A stretch of 64,000 nucleotides of DNA from Chloropicon primus (GCA_023205875.1 CP060756.1:744001-808000); one strand, 5' to 3'. Shown: positions 10,605 to 20,697, counted from the first letter of the stretch. Translations and numbers: made by a program. Notes: generated by a model from the sequence alone, not told the origin.

Positions 10605-11264
10605 ATGGGGGACGACTTGAAACTGAATGTGATAAAGGAGGGTTACCTTGGAAAGAAAATGAAACATAATATTATAAAAAAAGTTCAAAGGAGGTGGTTC
10701 AGGCTCTTTGACTACGAGCTCGTGTACTGGAAGAAGAAGGAGCAAGCCGAAGCGGGTGAGGAGCCCCTTGCGTACATACCCTTGAAGGCCTACAAGTTGG
10801 AAGTTCCTCACGGGAGAATGGCTTCGAAGCACGCCTTCAGGTTGAGTCTCATGGACAGCCAGGCTGAGCTCTTGTCTCAGCAACCCGAGAACGTGGAGGA
10901 GGAGGATAAGGTGGACCAAGCCAAGTATGTTCTGGAGTGCGAGACGGCGGAAGAGAAAATAGCTTGGGAAAATGCGATTCGGGAGCAGATGTGGAAGGCA
11001 GGAACCAAAGATGTAAGTTGAAACCCACGCGCAGGCACCCACCACGACAAGTGCCCCCCTTTCCATCTGGAGGGACACGATAGCTGACACGGACGCGCGC
11101 GCGCACACACACACACACTTTTTCTCTCGTCTGTTTGCCTCTCCTCGGAGCAGAACAAAGTCTTCAAGCAAAGAAAACTCACTGGATTCGCTCCACCACC
11201 GCTCATGAAGAAAACCGACCTCAGTCTGCAGTCGACCATCAAAGAGTTCGACGAAGATTTTTGA
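10605..11264 (+). CDS. PH-domain protein; exons 10605-11012 and 11154-11264
   Basis: IKEGYLGKK...QRRWFRL...LVYWK...YVLECETAEEKIAWENAI is the PH consensus. GTAAG...CAG intron at 11013-11153 with a GCTGAC branch site. Confidence 0.82.
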
Positions 11265-11341
11265 CGAAGAGGGGTCAATTTGTGGATTAAACCATTCAGG
11301 GCGCCGCGCGCGCGCTCTTGCTGTTAAAAGTAATACGGAGG

Positions 11342-12430
11342 TCACTCCTTTTCGCCGCCGTGCTCAAGGAGTCTCTCGATGAGCTCTCCCTTCTTGCCGC
11401 TCACTTTCAGCCCCCTGTCCTTGAGCAGAACTTTGAGCTCGTTGGCGGTGAGAAGGTCCAGCTTGAGCTTCTCGGAGCTCAGCCCTTTGAGGCCCGCCTC
11501 CACGAACACGTCTTTCAGCGAGGACTGCAGGCCCTCCTCCTGCGCCCTCACCAGATGTCCGTAAGAGGCTATCAGCAGCGCGTCCGCCCTTCCGTGCTTG
11601 CCCTTCGGCAGGAGCTCCTCCTCGAGCTCAGGAAAGATTTGCCTCGCGAGAGCGACGCTGCTGGACTTCACCTTGGTCCCCCTCGAGGCCCTCTTCTTCT
11701 TGGCGCCGTCCCCCTCGGCGCCGTCCCCCCCGTCGTCGTTCTCAGTCTTCTTCTTCCTGCTCCCCACGAGCTCGAACAGGGTCTTCCAGGTCTTGGAGTT
11801 GATCTTGTGCCACGGGATCTCCGCGTGGGACAGAACCCCCTCCCAAATTCCCACGCCGACGCCCTGGACAAAGGCGCTGTAGCTACTGAAGTGGTACTCC
11901 ACCCCGCCGCCCTCCAGGAAAGCCACGGTCTTGTGCTTGGGGAAGTCCAGGCGCTTGATGAGCTGGGCCAGCTGGGCCGCGTCGATTCGCTCCCTCCCCT
12001 TGCTCGTCTTCCCTATCGCGACCTTGTACACGGGGACGTCTATGACTTCCGCCCGAACCTCGAGCCTGCAGCCCGCCTCCCCGTCGTCCACCCGCGTGCT
12101 CCGAAGAATGGCGATGGCCCCGTTCCTGTCCGGATCGATCCCCAGGACGATCTCGCAGCAATCAGACGAGGACGAGGAGGAAGACGAGGAGGAGGGCTCC
12201 TCGCCCCCGCCGAGAGCGTCCGTGCCCCCCGCCCTGGCGTGCTTGAACCGCAGCGTCCCTGAGCTCAGTATCTGGTCGCCCCTCGTCGTCGTCGTCCCCG
12301 CCCTCTCCTCGCTCCCGTTCTCTTTCTTCGCCCCCGCCTGCACCCTCCTCGCCTCCCCCCGGCCGTACGTCCCCATCGACCGCCTCAGGGGACCGGACCC
12401 CACGCCCAGCGCCAACGCACGTCGCAGCAT
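11342..12430 (-). CDS. MOC1: Organellar Holliday junction resolvase MOC1 (RuvC-like) with a C-terminal SAP domain
   Basis: VLGIDPD, AFLE, G.G.GIWEGVL, TWK and HGRADALLIASYG motifs; N-terminal targeting peptide; C-terminal LTANELKVLLKDRGLKVSGKKGELIERL matches SAP. Confidence 0.85.
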   Translation of the reverse strand: MLRRALALGVGSGPLRRSMGTYGRGEARRVQAGAKKENGSEERAGTTTTRGDQILSSGTLRFKHARAGGTDALGGGEEPSSSSSSSSSSDCCEIVLGIDPDRNGAIAILRSTRVDDGEAGCRLEVRAEVIDVPVYKVAIGKTSKGRERIDAAQLAQLIKRLDFPKHKTVAFLEGGGVEYHFSSYSAFVQGVGVGIWEGVLSHAEIPWHKINSKTWKTLFELVGSRKKKTENDDGGDGAEGDGAKKKRASRGTKVKSSSVALARQIFPELEEELLPKGKHGRADALLIASYGHLVRAQEEGLQSSLKDVFVEAGLKGLSSEKLKLDLLTANELKVLLKDRGLKVSGKKGELIERLLEHGGEKE

Positions 12431-12929
12431 CCTCCCCTCCTCCTCCTCCAGTGCTAGGAGACAGACAGAAAGAGAGACAGAGACAGAGTATGGGATTCCC
12501 AGCCACGCGGAGTTCGCGTCGTGTGCTTGAAGGGAAGGAAGGGAAGAGAGCGCACAAGAAAACCTCCTTGGCTCGGCCGACCGACAGATCCTTCCCCGCT
12601 CGTGTCGTCGCGACCCAAAACAACAACAACAACAACAAAAGCCAACTCCTCTCTCTCTCTGTTTCTGGCAAAAAGCAGTTTTGAAAAGTATTCTCCGTGT
12701 GACATTCATTGAACTGAACGGAGAAACTGATGGCTCTGAGGCCTCAAAACTCGATAAGATCAAGATCTCAGGAGTCAGAGGGGACGGATTGGACAGAGGC
12801 AGAGGCCGCGAGAGAGAGAGAGAGAGAGAGAGGCAGGCAGAAGGGCTGTTGGTTGACTCGATTAGACCTAGACTACTCTCGTTCGATCGAAGAGTATCGC
12901 TTACGTCGTCCGTTGCGCGCAGAGCAATC

Positions 12930-13792
12930 ATGATTGCTGGAGGGAGCGTGAAGGTGCCGGCCGCCAGGGTGGGGTCACAGGGCATTGCCGGGAGGCGCGG
13001 AGTCAGCGTCAGGGCGAGGGCTTCCGCTGTCCGCGCCGCGGTGGAGAGGCCGCCCAAGGTCGTCTTGGACGAGCTCCCGATCGTGTACGCGTACGACCAC
13101 TGCCCGTACTGCGTCAGGGTCCGCCTGGGGCTCGGGCTGAAGAACGTCAAGCACGAGGTCGTCTTCATGGCCAACGACGACGTGAAGAAGCCCACGGGCC
13201 TGATTGGCAAGAAGATTGCTCCCATCTTTGAGATTCCGGACGAGAAGCTGATCATGGGCGAGTCCATGGACATCGTCAAGAAGATTGACGCCGAGGAGAA
13301 GTACGGGTCCACCGGATTCTTCGCGGGGGCGACGGACCGCAAGGACATCAAGGCGTGGATGAAGTCCGTGAAGGACTTGCTGCGACTGCTCCACCGCCCT
13401 CGTTACATGAGCGCCAGCCTTCCCGAGTTCCAGCAGAGGGACAGCAGGGACTACTTCGTTGGCGGCCACCCCGTCCCCCGTACGACAAGCCCGAGTGGAA
13501 GGCCGAGGAGTTCGGCCAGGAGGCCAGGGAGGAGGCCTACGCCGCCGCCATGGCCAAGACGCCCGAGTTGCTCCCGGAGCTCAACGCCGCCCTGGTGGAG
13601 CTGGAGAAACTCATCTACTCCGACTCCTCCTGCTCGGAGGTCGGCTTGGGCCTCGACGACATCGACCTGTGGAGCAGGCTGAGGAGCGTCACCTTGGTCG
13701 AAGGCGCCGAGTTCCAGCCAAAGACCTTGGCCTACCTCAACAACCTCTCGGAGGCCGGAGACGTCCCTCTCTACTTCGGAATGAAGTGCTAA
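12930..13792 (+). CDS. grxB: Glutaredoxin-2 (GrxB-type, GST fold) with a transit peptide; frame broken by one missing base at 13475-13479
   Basis: YAYDHCPYCVRVRLGLGLKN...NDD...GESMDIV matches GrxB. The C-terminal half (DDIDLWSRLRSVTLV...YLNNLSEAGDVPLY) is in another frame; adding one C to GTCCCCCG joins them. Confidence 0.8.
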
Positions 13793-14169
13793 GTCTAAGT
13801 CTTGCTCTTTTCTTTTGTGCCAAATGAAATAAAGGTTACTTGTTGTTTCGTTGCAGCAGCCGTTATGTCGAGGCCCGTCGAGGCCCGTCGTGCAAGACGG
13901 CGGTTCGAGCAACAATTCTCACATCCAGTGGCCAACCATTTCTAAGCCGCAGGCCCAGGTACCCTTCCTCCCCCGTCCAAGACACCGCCTTTCCCTCCTC
14001 GAGCGAACACCTCGAGCGAGGGGCATGACATGTCTCTCTTTCTCTCTCTTTCCCCTTGGCAATTTTTTTTCCCACGAAAAACTGAACTGGACCCAAAGCG
14101 TCAAGCTAGAGAGAGAGAGAGGAGAGTTGCGTTGCAAGGGACCAGAGCAGAGGTGGAGCTGTGTTCTCC

Positions 14170-15684
14170 ATGGTGACCGCGAGCGTTTCCACCGTGACGG
14201 AACACATCATCCACGCCAAAGGTCGGAAGACCGGGTCCGGTGGCGCGACGATGTTGGAGGCGAAGAAAGCAATCTTTGGGAGCACGGACTTGCTCATCAA
14301 GAAGAAGGACGAGCTCGCTGAGAAAGCTATGATAGCCGCCGTCCTCGTGGCCATCCAGCTGCTTCTGCTGATCCAGAAGGTCACGGGCCTCGGCCCCCTC
14401 TTCGCTGCCATGCCAATCTTCGTTTTCCTCATCGCTTGCGAGTTTGTCATCCAAAGGGTTTCCCGGTACCACTCCGTGGGAGCGGGATACACCGCCGCGG
14501 GGATGATATGCTCCGTCTCGGCCGGGGTCATCCAGCAGATAGGCGCGGTCCTCGTCAAGAAGGTCGTGCTCAACATGGGGACCATGCCGTACGAATACTT
14601 GTTCCGAAAGTTCGGTGCCCCGGTGGGTGGTGACGTCGGCCAGGCCGCGCTCGCCCTTGTCTTCCAGGACATGGGGTACTACTGGGCTCACAGATGCTAC
14701 CACCAAGTGCAGCTCGGCTGGATGTTCCACGCGATCCACCACAACAACGACCATTACAATTTTGCGGTGGCCTTGAGGCAGTCCTGGGGGAACAACATGA
14801 CATCTTGGGTTTTCTACCTCCCCCTGGCCTTCTTCATCAGCCCGGAAGCCCTGAGGTGGGCCGCGGAGTGGAACCTGATCTACCAGTTCTGGGTGCACAC
14901 TTGCTTGGTGAGGAGAACGCCGGACTGGTTCGAGTACGTGTTCTCCACCCCCTCGCACCACAGGGTTCACCACGACAGGAGGCTTCACAAGAACTTTGGA
15001 GGAATTTTCATCCTGTGGGACCGCTGGTTCGGCACCTTTCTCTCCGAGGTGTCGCTCGGGGAAGACGAGGTGGCCCAGGGCGGGGACTACACGAGGCTGG
15101 ACGACGGCGAGGAGGTTTCCGTTTTCGGAACGATGCTGAACCAGGAGAACTACTTCACGGACCTCTGGCAGATGCAGCACCCGATGGAGACGCTGAAGAG
15201 CTTGAGGAGAGCCAAGGGCATCACGCGGAAGCTGAAGACCGCGATCCAGGGGGCTGGATTTTATTCGGCCGTCCACAAGGATCGCGGCATCATGCCTAGG
15301 ACAAGCGTCCCGGCGCACAGGAGGATCAGGTTCGCGAGCAGGCTCCCCGTGCTGGGCAGCATTTACGCTCTCGTCCACTTCCACATCGCTGTGCTGTCCT
15401 TCATCATGGTTTCCGTGAATCCAGACACCCTGAAGCACAGCTTCCTTGGGGTGTGCTCGTGTTACCTTCCCGTTGTCACTTGCCTCTGCTCTCTTGCGTT
15501 CGTGAATGACGGCGTCCAGTTCGCGCCCTACGCGGAGGCCATGAGGTGCATCTGGACGACCTTCGCCAACGACCCTGGGCTTGCGTATTACTTTTACCTG
15601 TTCTCGAGTCTTCTCATCGCCTTCAACCCGGACTTCTTGCGCGCCACCAAGGTTGTGAACTCCCTGAAGGCGAAAGCAATCTGA
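14170..15684 (+). CDS. Alkylglycerol monooxygenase-like membrane di-iron hydroxylase (fatty acid hydroxylase family)
   Basis: His boxes YYWAHRCYH, HAIHH, QFWVHT and TPSHHRVHH, plus ALRQS, KNFGGIFILWDRWFGTF and several TM segments. Confidence 0.85.
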   Translation: MVTASVSTVTEHIIHAKGRKTGSGGATMLEAKKAIFGSTDLLIKKKDELAEKAMIAAVLVAIQLLLLIQKVTGLGPLFAAMPIFVFLIACEFVIQRVSRYHSVGAGYTAAGMICSVSAGVIQQIGAVLVKKVVLNMGTMPYEYLFRKFGAPVGGDVGQAALALVFQDMGYYWAHRCYHQVQLGWMFHAIHHNNDHYNFAVALRQSWGNNMTSWVFYLPLAFFISPEALRWAAEWNLIYQFWVHTCLVRRTPDWFEYVFSTPSHHRVHHDRRLHKNFGGIFILWDRWFGTFLSEVSLGEDEVAQGGDYTRLDDGEEVSVFGTMLNQENYFTDLWQMQHPMETLKSLRRAKGITRKLKTAIQGAGFYSAVHKDRGIMPRTSVPAHRRIRFASRLPVLGSIYALVHFHIAVLSFIMVSVNPDTLKHSFLGVCSCYLPVVTCLCSLAFVNDGVQFAPYAEAMRCIWTTFANDPGLAYYFYLFSSLLIAFNPDFLRATKVVNSLKAKAI

Positions 15685-15960
15685 ACCAGATGGCGAGGTG
15701 AGGAACACTTGAATACATTATTATTATTATTATTAACTTTTTTTTGACCCAAGCTCCTCCACATCATGCATGATCATGGGCAAGGTCATGGTCTGGCGAG
15801 ACGACCATGGTCATGACCATGACGCGAGACGACATGGGGGGAGAAGAGACGAGGAGTGCGGCGGAAGGGGGAGCCTGGCCGAACATAATTGAGACGACGA
15901 CCGGCGACCTCCCCTCGACGCCAGCACAGACCTGTGACTCTCGTCCCACGACCAAGAAGA

Positions 15961-17667
15961 ATGCACAAGAGGAGGATGAGGATCGTAACGTTCGCCCTCG
16001 CTCTCGCAACCGCCGTCGCGTGCTGCGTGGTGGGAGCCTCCGCCGCCTCGGCTCAGGACGGCGACTTGATCGTCAAGACGACGGCGGGGCCCGTTCAGGG
16101 CTTCCGCTCCGGCAACTTGAGCGCCTTCCTTGGCATTCCCTTCGCATCGGCAGGGAGATGGGAGATGCCTCAGGATCCCAAGCCCTGGATCGAACCCCTT
16201 CGGGCCACCCGCTATGGGCCCATCTGTCCGCAGGCGAACGGGTCGACCGACCAGGTCGACTCGACCACGGAGGTCTATTGGGCGGAGGAGCCCTGGAATA
16301 TCGTGATGCCACCACCATCGGAGCAGTCCGAGGATTGCCTTCGTGTCAACGTTTATGTGCCTGATGACGTCGACGACGCGGCTGGAGCACCAGTGATGGT
16401 TTGGATCCACGGCGGGGCTTTTCTCAACGGAAACGGCAACGGCTTCGCGAGCCCTCCAGAGACGTTGGTCGGCAAGGGCGTCGTTCTGGTGACCTTTAAC
16501 TACAGGCTAGGCGCCCTCGGATTCTTCGCTCATCCTGACCTGAAGGACGACACGAACTTTGGCTTGTTTGATCAGATCGCGGCGCTGCGGTGGGTGCAGG
16601 AGAACATCGAGCAGTTTGGCGGGGATCCATCCAAGGTCACGATTTTCGGCCAGTCGGCGGGCGGTGCCGCTGTGGAGATTTTGATGGTTTCTCCGCTCAC
16701 CAAGAATCTTTTCCACCGCGCCATTGTCGAGTCTGGAAGTATTATGCAAAGCCAAAACGTGACAGTTGATGATGCAAAGTGGATAGGAGTTGCCGTGGGC
16801 GAGGCAATGGGCGTGGAAGCTGGGCCCAGCCAGCTCGAGAAGATGAGGGATGCTCCTTTCGCGGACATTGTTTCGGCGACTCTTCAGTCGATGCAGCACG
16901 GCGTGCTTCCTGATGTGGTTTTCATCGATGGGAAGAGCATGGACACGGACGCCACCACCGGGTTCCTAGAGGGAAGGAACCACAAAGTGCCCATGATCAT
17001 AGGCACAAACCAGAACGAAACGAACGTTTGGTACGGGGACTCCTCCTATGCAGGGGGCTTCCCCTTGCCAATGCTGCAATTGACCCCGGAGTTGAGTGCT
17101 TATGTCCCACCCACCTCCAAGGTGAACTACGAGAACATCATTCGCAAAGTCTACAAGGGCAGCGCGAATGAGATCTTGTCCTTGTACCCCGCAGACCAGC
17201 CGCTTGAGAGCTCCGAAAGGATGCAAACGAACATGCAGTTCCTTACGGGAACCCTCATGATCGCGAACGCGATGGCAGGCAGGGGGGAGGACGTCAGGCT
17301 CTACCAATTCACACAGAAGCCTGAGGGAGCTGCTGGGGAGAAATTTGGGACTTACCACGGCTATGAGTTGCCTTACGTCTTCGGATCGGCTTCCGCTCGC
17401 GCCCAGGCTCCGATTACGAACCCGGCGCTCGCAGATCAAATGAGCTCTTATTGGTCTAACTTCGCCAGGGTTGGGGATCCGAACGCTGAGGGGTTGCCAG
17501 AGTGGAAGACCCTGCCGTCCGCTTCTGCGAACGAGTGGTTCATTCTGGGACCGGAGGTCGGCACTGAAAGCATTCCCAAGGATGTCTTGGAGCAGAACGC
17601 CGCGTCGCGCAGCATCTTTCTCCAGTACCTCGATATTCCCAAGCTCATGTCTGAGTTTCAGAGCTAA
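15961..17667 (+). CDS. Secreted type-B carboxylesterase
   Basis: Signal peptide, FLGIPFA, SEDCL, WIHGG, NYRLG, FGGDP..VTIFGQSAG (Ser), NQNE (Glu), YHGYEL (His). Confidence 0.92.
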   Translation: MHKRRMRIVTFALALATAVACCVVGASAASAQDGDLIVKTTAGPVQGFRSGNLSAFLGIPFASAGRWEMPQDPKPWIEPLRATRYGPICPQANGSTDQVDSTTEVYWAEEPWNIVMPPPSEQSEDCLRVNVYVPDDVDDAAGAPVMVWIHGGAFLNGNGNGFASPPETLVGKGVVLVTFNYRLGALGFFAHPDLKDDTNFGLFDQIAALRWVQENIEQFGGDPSKVTIFGQSAGGAAVEILMVSPLTKNLFHRAIVESGSIMQSQNVTVDDAKWIGVAVGEAMGVEAGPSQLEKMRDAPFADIVSATLQSMQHGVLPDVVFIDGKSMDTDATTGFLEGRNHKVPMIIGTNQNETNVWYGDSSYAGGFPLPMLQLTPELSAYVPPTSKVNYENIIRKVYKGSANEILSLYPADQPLESSERMQTNMQFLTGTLMIANAMAGRGEDVRLYQFTQKPEGAAGEKFGTYHGYELPYVFGSASARAQAPITNPALADQMSSYWSNFARVGDPNAEGLPEWKTLPSASANEWFILGPEVGTESIPKDVLEQNAASRSIFLQYLDIPKLMSEFQS

Positions 17668-17716
17668 AAAACAATTTATCTTTTAATACATACTTTTAGA
17701 TTTAACCGCCGGGCAG

Positions 17717-20095
17717 TTACTGTTTTCCTAACTGTGGCCAGCCAAAGGACGAGGAAACGAGCCCGAGCTCGTGAATTGTGGCAACGAGCCCCTCCGTGTT
17801 CCACGGATCTACCGTTGCTTCGTAGGAGTAAGAGGAGCCGTCCGACGCCTTGACCAGTGCGCCCCCAGCACCTAAAAGCAGAGCTTCGCCGGCCGCCGTA
17901 TCCCAGCGTTTGGTCGCATTGCCGAACGGGAAAATGTAGGCATCGGCTGCACCGTCAAGGACCATGAGCACCTTGCTCCCTGCTCCACCGACCTTTAGAG
18001 TCTCAATGGGGCCAAGCTTTGCCAGGGCCTCCTCCAATTCTTTGCTGGGGTTGGACCGAGTAGTTGCAATGCGCTTTGCCACGCCTTGGCTCGGCCGCGG
18101 AGGAGGCAGGGGCCTCGCTACGGCCATGACACCCGATTTGTCAAAATCGTAGTTGCCCCCTAAACCTGGGCCCCCAAAGACCGTTCTCCCCGTCGAAGAG
18201 AAAGGCACGTGGATGACCCCAAACCAAGGCGTGCCGCGAATGCAGCAACCAATGAGAGTCGTGACGCCGTTTTTGTTCCCTTGCAAAAACTCCTTGGTGC
18301 CATCTAAAGGATCGATCCAGATGGTCACGTCCTTCAGACTAATGCTCTCGCTGTCCACGGAGCTTGGAAGCTGAACTTCCCACGGTGCAATGTTACAGTC
18401 GGCGCTGTAAGACAATTCCCTGCACGCGTCTTCGACCTCCTTCTCAAATTTCTCATCCCCTTCGCTTCCATCGGGCACGATGCCTTCCTCCCCCACAAGA
18501 CAGACGTCCGGAAAAAGCTTTGAAAGAACGGAGACGATCATTCTCTCTGTCTCTACATCGGCCAGAGTCTGCGGGTCCCAGGTGCTCCCGTCCTCTGACT
18601 TGTTGGCCACGTCGATGTCGTCCCCCTTTGCCTCAGCGATCTCAGCGACCTTCGCCCCCGCCATAACAGCCAGCTGAGTGAGAACGGAAAACAGCCGGGC
18701 GAATTCCCTGCGCACTTGGAGAGTAGAAGCATCACCACCAAGAACCTTCAACGGCCTCTGTGGCTTGTAGGTCCAATCGTAACCAAGCGGAAAGCTTGAC
18801 ACGTAAAGGCTTTCCAGGCTTTTCGTGCAGCGTTCGGCCACCGCCTCGAGGCATTTCAGAGATCGCTTGTGCATTCCGACGTTAGGCTCGAGTCGGCTGG
18901 CTTCCATGCTCTCCGGGGACACCTTTGTCCACATGTCCGCGACAAGATACCTCGTGTAGTCGGCCAGGGCAAGGTCCGCCTGGAAATGGAAGCCGCGCAG
19001 GTCGCCTCCGACAGCTTCAAAGTACACCTGCATGAGCGAATCCATCTCCTCGAGAGCACTTTCCTCAAGTGAGGTTGTCAGAAAGTAGACCAGGTCGACC
19101 GCCCCAAGGCCGAACCCAACCCACTGGTAGTCCACGGCGGTCGCCAGGGAGGAGCCGCCACCCTCATTGCCACTGACGAAGACATTGGCTGCCTTGAAGT
19201 CACCGTGGATCAAAGTTCGCGAAGGATGCCCGGGCAAGCAGGCTCTTGCCAGCATTCGACTCAACGAGGAGGCCGACTCCCTCAGTGCTCGGGGAAATGG
19301 CACGCCGTGAACGGCGAGCCCCCTTAAGCCAGGTGCGGAGTCCCCGAGTCTGTCCAGAAGGTCGTTCCACTCCATCTCAATCTTGGGATGAGTCCGATCG
19401 AAAGCGAGCTTGCGATTGGTGCCCTCGCCCGGCGGCAGAATTTCCACCCTCTTCGCGTAGGACCAGTACCCCCCCTGACCCCAAACGTCGAGGTCCCCCA
19501 AGTCCTCGCTAGCGCGGAACGCTTCGTGGAACCCAGCCAGCCACCGCACAGCTGCATCTGCCGCCCCTGCGCTCATACCACCCGGAGACGCCGCGACCTG
19601 CGCCAGAAGTCTCGGTGAAGCTGCATACCTGGCATCCTCGAGGAGCAGCAGGAGCTCGCCCTCTATGCCGCACTCCTCCGCCCACGCCTGCGTCTCCCTG
19701 AAAGTCTTGTTCAGGCTCGAACTCTGCGAGTGCTGCAGGTAGGCTCCGAGCGCGAGGGGCTGGAGCAGCCTCGAACCGACCCCTCCCAGCGAGGGCAGCG
19801 CCTTGGTGTAGAACTCGTACTCGGACGCCATCGACTTCCCCGTCCTTTGCCTCCTCTTGGAATCCAAGTGAAGACTGTTCCCCTTCTTCAGGTACAGCTT
19901 CAATTCGCCCGTGCTCGACCGTATCTTGAGCGGCAGGCACACCGAAGCTTTCTGGCAGATTGGCTTCGAAGCCTCCATCGAGGTGATGACGTCCTCCAGG
20001 GGCACACCCACGATGCGGGAGACCCACTTCGCCTCCCGCCTCCCCAAACCAAGCTCCGTCCCTCCCGCAGACGCCATCGCAGCCAGTCCACGCAT
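17717..20095 (-). CDS. Fusion protein: EcKinase/APH/choline-kinase-like domain plus a BPNT1-like inositol monophosphatase-family phosphatase
   Basis: Single ORF. N-half has LIHGDFKAANVF and VDYQW; C-half has DPQTLAD, GEE, WIDPLDGTKEF, GGAGSK and KRWDTAAGEALL. Confidence 0.85.
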   Translation of the reverse strand: MRGLAAMASAGGTELGLGRREAKWVSRIVGVPLEDVITSMEASKPICQKASVCLPLKIRSSTGELKLYLKKGNSLHLDSKRRQRTGKSMASEYEFYTKALPSLGGVGSRLLQPLALGAYLQHSQSSSLNKTFRETQAWAEECGIEGELLLLLEDARYAASPRLLAQVAASPGGMSAGAADAAVRWLAGFHEAFRASEDLGDLDVWGQGGYWSYAKRVEILPPGEGTNRKLAFDRTHPKIEMEWNDLLDRLGDSAPGLRGLAVHGVPFPRALRESASSLSRMLARACLPGHPSRTLIHGDFKAANVFVSGNEGGGSSLATAVDYQWVGFGLGAVDLVYFLTTSLEESALEEMDSLMQVYFEAVGGDLRGFHFQADLALADYTRYLVADMWTKVSPESMEASRLEPNVGMHKRSLKCLEAVAERCTKSLESLYVSSFPLGYDWTYKPQRPLKVLGGDASTLQVRREFARLFSVLTQLAVMAGAKVAEIAEAKGDDIDVANKSEDGSTWDPQTLADVETERMIVSVLSKLFPDVCLVGEEGIVPDGSEGDEKFEKEVEDACRELSYSADCNIAPWEVQLPSSVDSESISLKDVTIWIDPLDGTKEFLQGNKNGVTTLIGCCIRGTPWFGVIHVPFSSTGRTVFGGPGLGGNYDFDKSGVMAVARPLPPPRPSQGVAKRIATTRSNPSKELEEALAKLGPIETLKVGGAGSKVLMVLDGAADAYIFPFGNATKRWDTAAGEALLLGAGGALVKASDGSSYSYEATVDPWNTEGLVATIHELGLVSSSFGWPQLGKQ

Positions 20096-20369
20096 CACCT
20101 CCGAGGCTGGAATGACCTGCACCAGCCCTCCCCTCCCTCTCTCTCCCTGCCCTCTGCACGTTTCTCCGACCACTCAGAGCGCTTTTCGGGTCAAACGAGG
20201 CACCAATCGAAAGCTCAAGAGATAACCTTCCACTCTGTATCGAATTCAGACCCCCTCCTGGCCTCCTCCTCCTCCTCCTCGCGTCCCCAACGCCGCCTCC
20301 CCTCCTGCTCCGCGCTTGGGCTGCGCACTTTGCCAGCAGCAGCTATCAGTTTTGAGAGAGAGAGAGAGG

Positions 20370-20658
20370 ATGGCGTCGTCGGTGTCACGGGTGGGGCAGA
20401 CGGCCCGAGGGGCTTACAGGCTTCTCCTGCGGTCGGTGTCGGAAACGTTCAAGGGGGATGACTTCACCCTCTTAGCGGCGAAGAAAGAAATCAGGCAAAA
20501 GTTCGAAGACTCGAGGGACATGGCGGACGAGAAGGCTCGGTCGGACCTCATTTACGGTAAGTTGGAAGGGGAAGGACGAGCTAGCTCTGCGGAACTCGGT
20601 GTCATGCGAGGGAAACGATTCACTTGTCTCGCTCCAGGCTAACAACCGCTTTGCTCGC

Positions 20659-20697
<39 letters not shown>

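Noticed and set aside
10281..11345. 354-aa minus-strand ORF
   Set aside because: Antisense to the PH-domain gene and spans its intron and UTR microsatellites.
12431..13351. N-terminal 306 aa of the 669-aa ORF containing MOC1
   Set aside because: It runs through microsatellites and antisense GrxB sequence; the realistic start is the ATG at 12430.
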